DNA of 28,368 nt from a virus (IMGVR_UViG_3300012942_000111:1-28368); one strand, 5' to 3'; positions 1 to 8,693 are shown, counted from the stretch's first letter. The notes: generated by a model from the letters alone, not told the origin. Numbers and translations: made by a program.

Positions 1-19
1 ATTTCCTATTACTCCTCCT

Positions 20-46
20 ATTAATCTGGTTATATACCAGATTAAT
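20..46. repeat. perfect 11-bp inverted repeat ATTAATCTGGT-N5-ACCAGATTAAT
   Basis: Arms at 20-30 and 36-46, read directly. Confidence 0.85.
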
Positions 47-64
47 TAAGTTTTTACACCAGAA

Positions 65-204
65 AAAAACAGAAGTCCAGATTTATGGGCAACAAAACCA
101 AGTGTCCAGAATATGACAGGACATAAAAAGGCCTGAAAAGCCTGTATCCAGTACATTTTGCCAGAAATTTGCCAGAAATTTGCCGAAAAACGAAATGTCC
201 AGAA
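65..204 (+). repeat. three direct ~18-bp repeats, candidate transposase end-binding sites
   Basis: AAAACCAAGTGTCCAGAA (94-111) and AAAACGAAATGTCCAGAA (187-204) match 16/18; AAAAACAGAAGTCCAGAT (65-82) matches the first 13/18. Confidence 0.6.
157..189 (+). repeat. tandem 11-bp repeat (TTTGCCAGAAA) x2 plus one degenerate copy
   Basis: Copies at 157-167, 168-178 and 179-189 (TTTGCCGAAAA). Confidence 0.85.
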
Positions 205-219
205 AATTGAATAAAATTG

Positions 220-247
220 AAACCAGCTTTAAAATAGGCTGGTTTTT
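220..247. terminator. hairpin, possible intrinsic terminator
   Basis: AAACCAGC...GCTGGTTT stem followed by a T-run; lies downstream of the repressor gene. Confidence 0.45.
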
Positions 248-427
248 CATTTTATGTTTGAAAGATGTTTAAAAGCAGGTTTAAAAATGCCTTAAATAAT
301 TGCTGAAATGCCCTATTTAAGCAAGTTTATAGATATCTGCCGGGATTGCCATTAAACAGGAAAAAACGTTTGTTTTATGCCATTAAATTGATAAGAATAA
401 ATTCCTTTAAAACGACCCAAAAAACGG

Positions 428-463
428 TTGGATGGACATTTGGGTGGACATTTGGGTGGACAT
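428..463 (+). repeat. tandem 12-bp repeat TTGG(A/G)TGGACAT x3
   Basis: Copies at 428-439, 440-451 and 452-463. Confidence 0.9.
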
Positions 464-672
464 AGAAGGGGTTTTAAAAGCGAGTAACAAGCCCTTTAAA
501 GCCTTAAATATGCGATTAAATGCTAAATAATAACTGATTACCCCCCCTTTATTCCCATCCTTCCTGGAAGTAAATGCCTTTGAAATGCCTTAAAACAGGG
601 CCTTTCAAAGAGTTTCGCAATAAATGCAAAATTGAAACTTTGTTTTCTTCAAGAAAAAAGCGTCGCTGTGCC

Positions 673-1272
673 TCATTCCATCCTAATACAACCTATTACC
701 AATGCAATCGAATAAACCTTAGATATAGGAAGCTCAAAAGGGTCAAAATCTGGATTTTCACTAACAACCTGAATATAATCTTCATCTTTCCCTCTTTTTA
801 TTCTTTTTATTAATGGCCCCTGATCTGTATCTATTACATAAACTTTATTCCATTGAAAGAATATATCCCTGATATTCAATTTTTTACATGCGACGATATC
901 GCCGCTATTATATTTGGGATACATTGAAGTCCCTTTGACAGCTATTAAAAAATCAGCGCCCCTGAAACTTGGGATAACATACCGTTCGCAATCGTAATCT
1001 AAAACAGACATCTCCCCTTGCCCAAAACCGGCCATGGCTCCAATTGGTATTAATGGAATTCCTTCTGCTTCTTTTTCCTTTGGCGTTTTTTTTATATTGG
1101 AAATGGAACTTTTTCCACTTAGGTAATCTTCTAAAATCTTAAGGTCCTTTGGCTTTGGCAGTCCCTTCCCTTGCTTCCATTTAGCCATTCGATCGTAGGG
1201 AATGCCGGTATTCCTTGAAACTTCCCTCAAATTCATTTCCGATAATTTCTCAACCGCTGTTTCTGGGCTCAT
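673..1272 (-). CDS. CI-like repressor, HTH + S24 (LexA-type) peptidase
   Basis: N-terminal HTH (LREVSRNTGIPYDRMAKW), Ala-Gly cleavage site (AMAGF), catalytic Ser (GTSM) and Lys (IKRI). Start moved to the ATG at 1272 because the longer ORF runs through the operator region. Confidence 0.9.
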   Translation of the reverse strand: MSPETAVEKLSEMNLREVSRNTGIPYDRMAKWKQGKGLPKPKDLKILEDYLSGKSSISNIKKTPKEKEAEGIPLIPIGAMAGFGQGEMSVLDYDCERYVIPSFRGADFLIAVKGTSMYPKYNSGDIVACKKLNIRDIFFQWNKVYVIDTDQGPLIKRIKRGKDEDYIQVVSENPDFDPFELPISKVYSIALVIGCIRME

Positions 1273-1290
1273 TTTAAATATTTTTAAAAA

Positions 1291-1354
1291 GTTCCAATAT
1301 TTTATTTGGAACAATGGAATAAATTCCTATTTTTGTGTCACACTTTGACACAAA
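1291..1354. promoter_or_regulatory. immunity region: three palindromes (candidate operators) and rightward early promoter
   Basis: GTTCCAA-N8-TTGGAAC (1291-1312), GGAAT-AA-ATTCC (1316-1327), TTTGTGTCA-N5-TGACACAAA (1332-1354). TTTG (1305-1308)-N19-TATTTTTG (1328-1335) matches the Bacteroidota -33/-7 consensus. Confidence 0.75.
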
Positions 1355-1361
1355 CCAAACA

Positions 1362-1571
1362 ATGGACAAAGGTATGTTAAAAACTAAATACGACGCAATA
1401 AAGGGACAGGTAATTAAAATGCTGATTCTCGAAACAGGATTCTCTCAATCATTTGTAAGGCAAGCGATCAGTGGCGATAGAGATAGTGAATTAGCCGTAG
1501 AGATTAGAAAGGAATTCAAGAAACGGTATGAAGCAGCATCTGCCGCTCTAAAACCAAAAAAGAGCAATTAA
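1362..1571 (+). CDS. Cro/Ner-like small HTH regulator
   Basis: Divergent from the repressor and upstream of the transposase; HTH-like LILETGFSQSFVRQAISG. Start is uncertain (1362 or 1374). Confidence 0.7.
   Translation: MDKGMLKTKYDAIKGQVIKMLILETGFSQSFVRQAISGDRDSELAVEIRKEFKKRYEAASAALKPKKSN
1367..1374 (-). promoter_or_regulatory. candidate -7 element (TACCTTTG) of the leftward repressor promoter
   Basis: Matches TAnnTTTG on the minus strand about 95 nt upstream of the repressor ATG. Confidence 0.5.
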
Positions 1572-1598
1572 TAGTAAAACTAACCAAAAACCGCTCAT

Positions 1599-3647
1599 AT
1601 GCCTTTTGAATTTAATAATACATTGGTGGTAAGATATGAAGAATTAGTTCCAACATTCTTCCCGTCTTATGATGCTTTGGCGAAGCGCATTCAGCGCTAT
1701 GAAAAAAAAGACTATGGTATTAAAGCTGTCCAGCGCGGGGGGAATGGCCGCGAACTACTGATCAGCTTTGACAGCCTGGACAAAGACGTCCGGGATGCCA
1801 TTGGAGACCCCCGCAAAGCCAAACATTTATTGGAAAATTGGTACAAAACCGACGATAACGCGGTCAAATTTTTTACCAAATTCGAATTTGATGACGGCGA
1901 CGGCCTTTCCCTTAAACACATTGAAGAATATATAACCAACGCATCGGTTCTTTCTGCCTGTGTTGAACTGAAAAAAGCCCGTGAATACGAGCGCAAAACC
2001 AAAAATCACTCCTTAAAAGGCGTAATGCACACAATTTGTCAGGATGCGCATGGATTTCAGACCGTTTTAAAGGTCAAGTATGACATTCAGCACACTTTGC
2101 CTGAATCAGACCGCCGGTTTAAAGAAGCATTCCGTGCATTCACCAATTCTACCGATGGGGGTTACAATTACGATAGCCTGATCTCTGGAAAGCTCCGCAA
2201 TCAGAATTCCAAGAAGGTCACCGACGAGGTTCTTGATCTGTTAAACAATCTGTTTAGCGACAATAAAGGAAAACCCACCAGAACGGAAATAAGCAACCGG
2301 TTTGAAGCCTTTTTATCTGGATATATGGAGGTGATCAACCCAGAAACTGGCGAATTGTTCGACCCTAAACAGTTCCAGCCCCTATCCGACGCCACAATTA
2401 TCAATTATCTCGGCAAATGGGAGGATTATATCGCCACTTCGCTCAAGCGTTCCGGCAACCGACAGATTTATATGGGGAAATTCAACCCTCACCACAGCCT
2501 AATCAAGCCACAATTTGCAGGTTCTATTATTTCCGTTGATGACCGCCAGCCGCCATTCAAATATGCTGGCAATGATCGGGCGTGGTTCTATATGGGTATT
2601 GATCTGGGCAGCGAGGCTTTTACTTGCTGGGTGCATGGCAAAAGTAAAGAAGGCATCATTATAGAATTTTATCGTCAAATGGTGCGCAATTATACGGAAT
2701 GGGGTATTTGCTTGCCTGCTGAACTGGAAGCGGAAGCCAGTTTGAATTCTGCATTCCAAAACACGTTCCTGCGGAATGGTGCATTGTTTAACAATGTTCG
2801 CATCGAAGCTAATAATGCACGGGGTAAGCGCATTGAAAGGTATTGGTCAACTTTAAGATATCAATTTGAAAAAGACAAAGAAGGGTGGCTTGCTAGGCCA
2901 CACGCAAAGAAAGAAGATAACCAGGGTGGTCCAAGCGATGTGCCGGTTATTCCTTACACTCAGATAGTGGAAAATAGCCTGCGGGATATCGAAGATTGGA
3001 ATAATATGCCGCATTCAGATTACCCAGACAAAACTCGTTGGGAGGTCTTTATGGAAATGCAACACCCAGACCTCCAACCTACTAACTGGAAGGCAATCCT
3101 GCCATTTTTGGGGTTCAGAACAGAAACCAGCTGCAATGCCGGAATTATCCGCTTTCAGAATAAAGAATTCCTGCTTGGTCATGATGGCAAGGTCTCCACT
3201 GGGGAGACTCTAATTAAGAGCATGAAGCTGGTGGAAGGCCAAAAGGTTGACGTCTACTGGCTGGATGATAACAACGGTAATGTTTTAAAGGCCCTAGTCT
3301 ATCTCAGGGGAGGCGATAAGTACATCTGTGAAGCAGTGGCCAAGCCAATGTATTCCCGCGCAAAAATTGAACGGACATCCGATCAGGAAAAGGCACGTGA
3401 GGTAATGAGTGCTTATGCCAATACAATCTCCTCCTATGCCCGCCGTCGCATGAGCCAATTGCAGGACTTGGTTATTATCGACCATCGTGAAAAGACCCTG
3501 AATAGAAAGTTTGTCATCAAAGACCTCGATAAACGCAAAAGGCCGGTTGATACAGAAACCGAAGAAGTAGAAACCCTACCTGATCTCCCGGACGAAATGG
3601 AAGCCCAGGTTAATCATAAATCTAAATCCCTTAAAGACAGATTCTAA
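1599..3647 (+). CDS. MuA-like DDE transposase
   Basis: 682 aa; integrase-core-like motifs ISVDD, GIDLGSE, NARGKRIERYW, IEDWNN; followed closely by a MuB-like ATPase. Confidence 0.88.
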   Translation: MPFEFNNTLVVRYEELVPTFFPSYDALAKRIQRYEKKDYGIKAVQRGGNGRELLISFDSLDKDVRDAIGDPRKAKHLLENWYKTDDNAVKFFTKFEFDDGDGLSLKHIEEYITNASVLSACVELKKAREYERKTKNHSLKGVMHTICQDAHGFQTVLKVKYDIQHTLPESDRRFKEAFRAFTNSTDGGYNYDSLISGKLRNQNSKKVTDEVLDLLNNLFSDNKGKPTRTEISNRFEAFLSGYMEVINPETGELFDPKQFQPLSDATIINYLGKWEDYIATSLKRSGNRQIYMGKFNPHHSLIKPQFAGSIISVDDRQPPFKYAGNDRAWFYMGIDLGSEAFTCWVHGKSKEGIIIEFYRQMVRNYTEWGICLPAELEAEASLNSAFQNTFLRNGALFNNVRIEANNARGKRIERYWSTLRYQFEKDKEGWLARPHAKKEDNQGGPSDVPVIPYTQIVENSLRDIEDWNNMPHSDYPDKTRWEVFMEMQHPDLQPTNWKAILPFLGFRTETSCNAGIIRFQNKEFLLGHDGKVSTGETLIKSMKLVEGQKVDVYWLDDNNGNVLKALVYLRGGDKYICEAVAKPMYSRAKIERTSDQEKAREVMSAYANTISSYARRRMSQLQDLVIIDHREKTLNRKFVIKDLDKRKRPVDTETEEVETLPDLPDEMEAQVNHKSKSLKDRF

Positions 3648-3877
3648 TGGCACTAAAGAAAATATTCGTGGCCTATGTGGACATCAAAACAAGGCCGGAT
3701 TCAAAAAAGCAACCCAGAAAAGGCAGACTTAAAATAATGGTTCTCGCTGAGGAGTATTGGAAAGTACAGCCAACAGTTGAAAACCACTTAAAAGCCTTTT
3801 TAAAAGAGGAGGAGGCTATAATCACGCGCATTAAACTTACTCACATCAGCTACGACGCCTTTATTCAGGCCAAATAG
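3647..3877 (+). CDS. hypothetical protein
   Basis: TAATG coupling with the transposase; 76 aa, basic. Confidence 0.65.
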   Translation: MALKKIFVAYVDIKTRPDSKKQPRKGRLKIMVLAEEYWKVQPTVENHLKAFLKEEEAIITRIKLTHISYDAFIQAK

Positions 3878-3893
3878 CACAAAACACAACACT

Positions 3894-4790
3894 ATGCTTA
3901 CTATTTCTCCAGAACAAAAAAAGATGATCGTAGCTGCACTATTAGAACAGCGCGAGAAGTTCGGCGGCACTGACGCCCAGTTTGCAAAACAATTTGATAT
4001 CAACGGTACTGTGTTCAGCCGGTTGAAAAATGACCACGACACCGCCGGTCTACTTAAGGAAGCGCAATGGCTGAATATTGCCCGCGAACTGGATATGCCC
4101 CTCAACGAACGCAAATGGGTTATGGCTAGAACTGAGGTCTATAATATGATCGAAGAGGATGTGTTATTCTGTAAAGAATACGCGAAAGGCCGCATCTGTG
4201 TAGATGACTGTGGTATTGGCAAAACATACTCTGCCAAATACCTATCAAGGAAGTTGGATAACTGTTTTTACGTTGATGCCAGCCAGGCAAAGACCAAACA
4301 GCTGTTTATTCGCCTGCTTGGTAAAGCTATCGGCGTGGACGCCCAAGATAAACTGGCAAAGGTCAAGGCGAACATAAAATATGCCCTTGGTATGCTGCCA
4401 AATCCAATCATCATTATTGATGAGGCGGGCGATCTGGAATATAATGCCTTTTTGGAGCTGAAAGAGTTCTGGAACGCCACCGTAGGTGCCTGCGGCTGGT
4501 ATTTGATGGGAGCCGATGGCCTTCGCGCTAAGATAGAACGTGGCATTTCTAATAAAAAAGTCGGATACGCTGAGTTGTTCAGCCGATATTCAGAAAGCTA
4601 CACGACAATTGTTCCTGCTGAAAAGAGCGAAAAGCTTTCCTTTTATAAGAAGTTGATCACCGATGTCCTGACCCCTAACATGAAAAATAAGACAAAGCTC
4701 AACGAAATCGTTAGGCGGTGCCTGAATAATGACAGCGGCAATATTGGCGGTCTGCGTCGTGCTGAATCCCTGTTAATCCTCAACCAGTAA
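3894..4790 (+). CDS. MuB-like AAA+ transposition ATPase
   Basis: Walker A-like DDCGIGKT, Walker B IIIIDEAG, arginine-finger-like ELFSR, N-terminal HTH. Confidence 0.88.
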   Translation: MLTISPEQKKMIVAALLEQREKFGGTDAQFAKQFDINGTVFSRLKNDHDTAGLLKEAQWLNIARELDMPLNERKWVMARTEVYNMIEEDVLFCKEYAKGRICVDDCGIGKTYSAKYLSRKLDNCFYVDASQAKTKQLFIRLLGKAIGVDAQDKLAKVKANIKYALGMLPNPIIIIDEAGDLEYNAFLELKEFWNATVGACGWYLMGADGLRAKIERGISNKKVGYAELFSRYSESYTTIVPAEKSEKLSFYKKLITDVLTPNMKNKTKLNEIVRRCLNNDSGNIGGLRRAESLLILNQ

Positions 4791-4831
4791 TCAAATCCAC
4801 TTTTTCTAACCTTAAAATCATTTTAAAAATT

Positions 4832-5455
4832 ATGGTTCGCGCCCTGAGTACTAAAAATCTGTTTGACAAACAATACAAGACATTCGGTTTTGACGGGCTT
4901 TGGGCGCAGGCAATGGGACAACCCACCCGTAATGGGATTTGGACTATTTACGGAAAGGAAAAGCACGGTAAAACGTGGTTTACACTAATGATCGCAGACC
5001 TGTTGAGTGAATTTGAACGAGTTCTTTACATAAGCGCGGAGGAAGGCATGGACAAGCCCTTTGTGGACGCAGTAAAAAGGGCTGGAATTAATGCCAGCAA
5101 GTCCAGGTTGAACTATCTGGAATACTTACCCATTGATGAGCTAGAGGAGCGCCTTGATAAGCGCAAAAGCCCAAATGTGATTGTCCTGGACAATTGCACT
5201 ATATACGCAGATGATTTTAAAGGCGGGGTGATTAAAAAACTCCTGCATAAATACCCTGACAAACTATTCATCTATGTTGCCCATGAAGAGAAAAACGAAC
5301 CGTACCCCGCTTTGGGTAAGATGGCAAAGAAGCTCAGCAAAATAATAGTCCGGGTGCAGGGGTTAACGGCCTTTATATCTGGCAGATGTCCAGGCGGCAC
5401 AATAAGTATTGACGAACAGAAGTCCCAACTGTTTTGGGGCACTATTGAAAACTAA
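4832..5455 (+). CDS. second P-loop ATPase (RecA/Sms-like)
   Basis: Walker A GKEKHGKT, VLYISAEEG, Walker B VIVLD. Confidence 0.82.
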   Translation: MVRALSTKNLFDKQYKTFGFDGLWAQAMGQPTRNGIWTIYGKEKHGKTWFTLMIADLLSEFERVLYISAEEGMDKPFVDAVKRAGINASKSRLNYLEYLPIDELEERLDKRKSPNVIVLDNCTIYADDFKGGVIKKLLHKYPDKLFIYVAHEEKNEPYPALGKMAKKLSKIIVRVQGLTAFISGRCPGGTISIDEQKSQLFWGTIEN

Positions 5456-5467
5456 TAAACACATTTT

Positions 5468-5722
5468 ATGAAAACAAGAAGTTACATGGTGGTTTGGCTG
5501 CCAAAAGATGATGAGGTTATTGACTTTGGGACAAACTTTGGCGATGACCAACAAATGTTCAATGACTACGATGAGGCGTTTGATACGTTTAACGCTGTTG
5601 TTCATTCGGCCATTGGCGAAACCTTCCGCCAGCCAAAGGGTGAACAGCCTATTCGGGCAAGCCTGCCTTACCAATATCTGGAACTGTGGATAATTGAACG
5701 GACAACTGATTTAATTAAATAG
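5468..5722 (+). CDS. hypothetical protein
   Basis: In-operon ORF with tight spacing. Confidence 0.65.
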   Translation: MKTRSYMVVWLPKDDEVIDFGTNFGDDQQMFNDYDEAFDTFNAVVHSAIGETFRQPKGEQPIRASLPYQYLELWIIERTTDLIK

Positions 5723-5724
5723 TT

Positions 5725-6171
5725 ATGATACAAGAGAATATAGGCAATTCCGATGAAAAATTAGCAGCCTACCTAAAGGAGGTTGAAAAAAACGCATTTA
5801 TATGCCTTGGGGTTCGTGTGAAATTACATGCGGAAAAGGTGGTAAACACAGTTGACATGAATTTCATTACCACGTTAGTCGCAAATTCTTTGGAAATACC
5901 ATTTAATAAAATCGTGAACTCGGCCAAGGGAGACATGGAAGTGTCCGCAGCTCGTCACATTGCGATGTTCCTGATCAGGAAATATATACCAGGTGTGACA
6001 TTGGCTGAAATTGGCCGATTCTTCAAACGGGACCATACCACCATCATGTATGCCATTGACCACATAGAAGGGGTGGTATTTGTAAGAGATGCGATAGCCG
6101 ATAAAGTTTTGAAATGCGAAAATAAACTTGTTCAATTAATAGCAAACAATCATGAGAGCCAGCTACATTAA
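5725..6171 (+). CDS. DnaA C-terminal (domain IV) HTH protein
   Basis: ARHIAMFLIRK...TLAEIGRFFKRDHTTIMYA resembles the DnaA domain IV signature; no AAA domain. Confidence 0.85.
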   Translation: MIQENIGNSDEKLAAYLKEVEKNAFICLGVRVKLHAEKVVNTVDMNFITTLVANSLEIPFNKIVNSAKGDMEVSAARHIAMFLIRKYIPGVTLAEIGRFFKRDHTTIMYAIDHIEGVVFVRDAIADKVLKCENKLVQLIANNHESQLH

Positions 6172-6529
6172 ACCCAATAGCCACACCTACGTTAAGGCGG
6201 CTTCATTCGTTGAAACTGTCAGGGAGGTACTTTGGATTGCTGAAATAACCGACGGATACCGAATTAAGGTATTATTTGAGGTCGGTTGTATGATCGCCGA
6301 AAAATGCGCTCCAAAATTTGCCAATAAGTTGTTGACTGAAAGGGATTATGGCTTCTGGGCGTGGTGGCTTGTTGAATTTCTTCGTGATGATGAAGCCCTG
6401 CTTTATTACCATCCAGAAGCCTTCCAGCAGCATTCTTACCGAACAATAAAGGCATCTATGCTAAACGACAAGGATGTTTCAGCAAATTTTGACCGCTTTC
6501 TATTAAACATTATCGAACCAAGATTTTAA
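6152..6529 (+). CDS. hypothetical protein
   Basis: Overlaps the previous gene; Trp-rich FWAWW motif. Confidence 0.7.
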   Translation: MRASYIKPNSHTYVKAASFVETVREVLWIAEITDGYRIKVLFEVGCMIAEKCAPKFANKLLTERDYGFWAWWLVEFLRDDEALLYYHPEAFQQHSYRTIKASMLNDKDVSANFDRFLLNIIEPRF

Positions 6530-6533
6530 GACC

Positions 6534-6845
6534 ATGAATAAATTCAAAGTGAAATTATCAGCCTTCCAGATGTCTGCCTTTCAGCAACTACTTGAGCATG
6601 TCCTATTAGATTGGGATTATACGGTTGAAGAATGGATTTTCAAATATGCACTTATTGAATGTCTTACCACTGTAAAAAAGAAACTGGCCATTCCTGAATT
6701 AAAGAAGGACTTCAAATTAACCTTTTCGCCAGTGCAAGCCCAGGCTATCTATTGGCTTTGGCAGGAGATGGGCGATCAGGCTACAAACGATTTCTCTAAT
6801 AAGCTGCATATGACAGCACTCGAAATACATCAACAATTTAGTTAA
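6534..6845 (+). CDS. hypothetical protein
   Basis: In-operon ORF, 103 aa. Confidence 0.7.
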   Translation: MNKFKVKLSAFQMSAFQQLLEHVLLDWDYTVEEWIFKYALIECLTTVKKKLAIPELKKDFKLTFSPVQAQAIYWLWQEMGDQATNDFSNKLHMTALEIHQQFS

Positions 6846-6861
6846 TACAAAAATCAAAAAG

Positions 6862-7395
6862 ATGGCAACAAAAGCAAAAACAAAAAAGAAAGTCTACGTC
6901 AATGTAACGTTGGACGAGGCGAACGCCGCCAGCGAGAAGTACTCCACTACTCAAAATAGCCTTTTCAAGGTTGAGGCTAAAATGAATGAGGAGCTAAACA
7001 AGGTCAAAAGCAAATATGTAGACCAGATTAGTGAATTGAAAGAAGACCTTGTCGAACCAGAAGAGATACTTGAATCCTTTGCCAATGCGCAAAAATCGAC
7101 CTGGGGTAAAAAGAAGAGCCTTGAACTGTTACATACAGTGATTGGATTCAGGACTGGTCAACCAAAGGTGTCCAAGTCCAAAAAGTTTACCTGGGATGCA
7201 GTAACTGAATTGCTAAAGAAAAACGCTGCATTCAAAAAGTTTATTAGAACCAAGGATGAAATCAACAAAGAAAATATTCTGGCTCTTAAAAATGACAAAG
7301 ACAAGAAAATGTTGGATTTGTTGAAAGAAGAGGCATTCGTTTTTGTTGAACAGGATGAAAGTTTCTTTGTTGAGGCAAAGTTAGAAGAAGTTTAA
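6862..7395 (+). CDS. gam: Mu Gam-like host-nuclease inhibitor
   Basis: N-terminal coiled coil, IGFRTGQPKV, FIRTKDEINKE and C-terminal VEQDESFFVE motifs; position in the early operon. Confidence 0.82.
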   Translation: MATKAKTKKKVYVNVTLDEANAASEKYSTTQNSLFKVEAKMNEELNKVKSKYVDQISELKEDLVEPEEILESFANAQKSTWGKKKSLELLHTVIGFRTGQPKVSKSKKFTWDAVTELLKKNAAFKKFIRTKDEINKENILALKNDKDKKMLDLLKEEAFVFVEQDESFFVEAKLEEV

Positions 7396-7411
7396 TGATT
7401 AGTAAGTATAG

Positions 7412-7437
7412 GCGCCCTGTGTCTACGGGGCGCATTT
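7412..7437 (+). terminator. GC-rich hairpin, weak terminator or attenuator
   Basis: GCGCCCTGT-GTCT-ACGGGGCGC followed by a short T-run. Confidence 0.5.
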
Positions 7438-7467
7438 AAAACAATTTTAAATATCAATTAAATACTC

Positions 7468-7560
7468 ATGAAAATTTTAATCATCGCCATCGCCACTTGG
7501 CTAATAATTGACGGTCTGGGTGGAATTCACGAGGCATATTCAAAAAGGAGGCACAAATGA
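7468..7560 (+). CDS. 30-aa hydrophobic peptide (not in ORF track)
   Basis: MKILIIAIATWLIIDGLGGIHEAYSKRRHK; its stop overlaps the next start (ATGA 7557-7560). Confidence 0.6.
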   Translation: MKILIIAIATWLIIDGLGGIHEAYSKRRHK

Positions 7561-7745
7561 CCCTATATAAAGCAATCATTCTTATAGTTTCCCGTATCAT
7601 ATTCTTTTACGGAATATTCGCCTTGTTGGCTACAGATTTAAACCCATTTGAGTGGCGTGCCTGGGTACGCATCATCTTCGTAATAATCATTCTCGGTATA
7701 ACAACCGTCGATATTCACGAGCAAATAGAAGGTAATGGCGAATAA
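7557..7745 (+). CDS. small two-TM membrane protein
   Basis: Two hydrophobic stretches flanking DLNPFEWRAW. Confidence 0.7.
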   Translation: MTLYKAIILIVSRIIFFYGIFALLATDLNPFEWRAWVRIIFVIIILGITTVDIHEQIEGNGE

Positions 7746-8184
7746 ATACTCATCCTTTTTTGCCGCCTATAATGCCAGCGTTAAACGGGGCAATCCCTTA
7801 TCTAAAGAGGAAATGATTAGTGAGTTCACCAACGGCCAAACAACCTCTTTAAAAGAATTGTCATGGCATGAATTACAGGAACTTACTAGAAAGCTCAATT
7901 ATACCAGTGGCAACACGGCACCTGCTCCTAAATACAATACAGTTGAAGATCGGATGCGCAAGGCCATTATAGCCATTTTCCACCGAATGGATAGAAGTCC
8001 AGCTGATGCAAAAGCCTGGGCGGAGAAACAAGGCGCAAAGGGCAATAAGCGCAAGTTCAATGATTATTCCACACAGGAGCTCTACATATTGATTGGTGTG
8101 GCTGAAATCATTCTTTTTGACTGGCAAAAAGGCATCCGTCGACGGATGGAAACAATTGGAGATATTAAAAATAATAATCATTAA
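7735..8184 (+). CDS. GemA/Mu gp16-like protein
   Basis: TTSLKELSWHELQEL and FNDYSTQELYILI helical motifs; synteny with the Mu early region. Confidence 0.55.
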   Translation: MANKYSSFFAAYNASVKRGNPLSKEEMISEFTNGQTTSLKELSWHELQELTRKLNYTSGNTAPAPKYNTVEDRMRKAIIAIFHRMDRSPADAKAWAEKQGAKGNKRKFNDYSTQELYILIGVAEIILFDWQKGIRRRMETIGDIKNNNH

Positions 8185-8213
8185 TAATCGCCGAAAGGCA
8201 CAAAATCCACAAA

Positions 8214-8693
8214 ATGCAAGAAGTTTTAACAATCGAAAAAAAGAATGCCATTGTGGCCCACAATGAGGCTAACGACAAAGGCAAAAAAATGCTTGAGAAC
8301 CTATTTGGAAGAAAGATATTCTTGGGCAATGTAATGGACAGGATTAAAACCTTTGAAGATGCATGCGCTGAATTAGGTATCCACTGGGGAGACGCCTGCC
8401 CAAAAGTTCAAAAGAATGGCGACTATGGGGCAATTGTATCTTTCGCACAAGCACTGATCGTCACCAGAGCGCTTAATGAAGGTTGGAAGCCTGATTTTAA
8501 CAACGGCCAATGGGATAAGCATTACCCCTACTTTGATATGCGTTCTTCCGCTGGCGGTTTCCGGTTCTACGGTTCCGGTTGCGTCGACGACGGTACGTTC
8601 GTCGGCGCCCGCCTTTGCTTTAAATCCGCAGAGTTGGCAAGATATGCCGGAACTCAATTTGAGGACATTTATAAGGGTTTTATGACCTTCTAG
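8214..8693 (+). CDS. DGR target protein 1 (159 aa)
   Basis: Contains VR1 in frame (SSAGGFRFYGSGCVDDGTFVGARLC); paralogous to the next ORF. Confidence 0.93.
   Translation: MQEVLTIEKKNAIVAHNEANDKGKKMLENLFGRKIFLGNVMDRIKTFEDACAELGIHWGDACPKVQKNGDYGAIVSFAQALIVTRALNEGWKPDFNNGQWDKHYPYFDMRSSAGGFRFYGSGCVDDGTFVGARLCFKSAELARYAGTQFEDIYKGFMTF
8542..8619 (+). repeat. DGR variable repeat VR1
   Basis: 78-nt ungapped match to TR 9171-9248; 15 mismatches, all at TR adenines. Confidence 0.96.

Noticed and set aside
541-547. C7 tract as a phase-variation site
   Set aside because: Short, intergenic, downstream of the repressor and not within an identifiable promoter.
574-813. 79-aa plus-strand ORF
   Set aside because: Antisense overlap with the repressor 3' end and no recognisable features.
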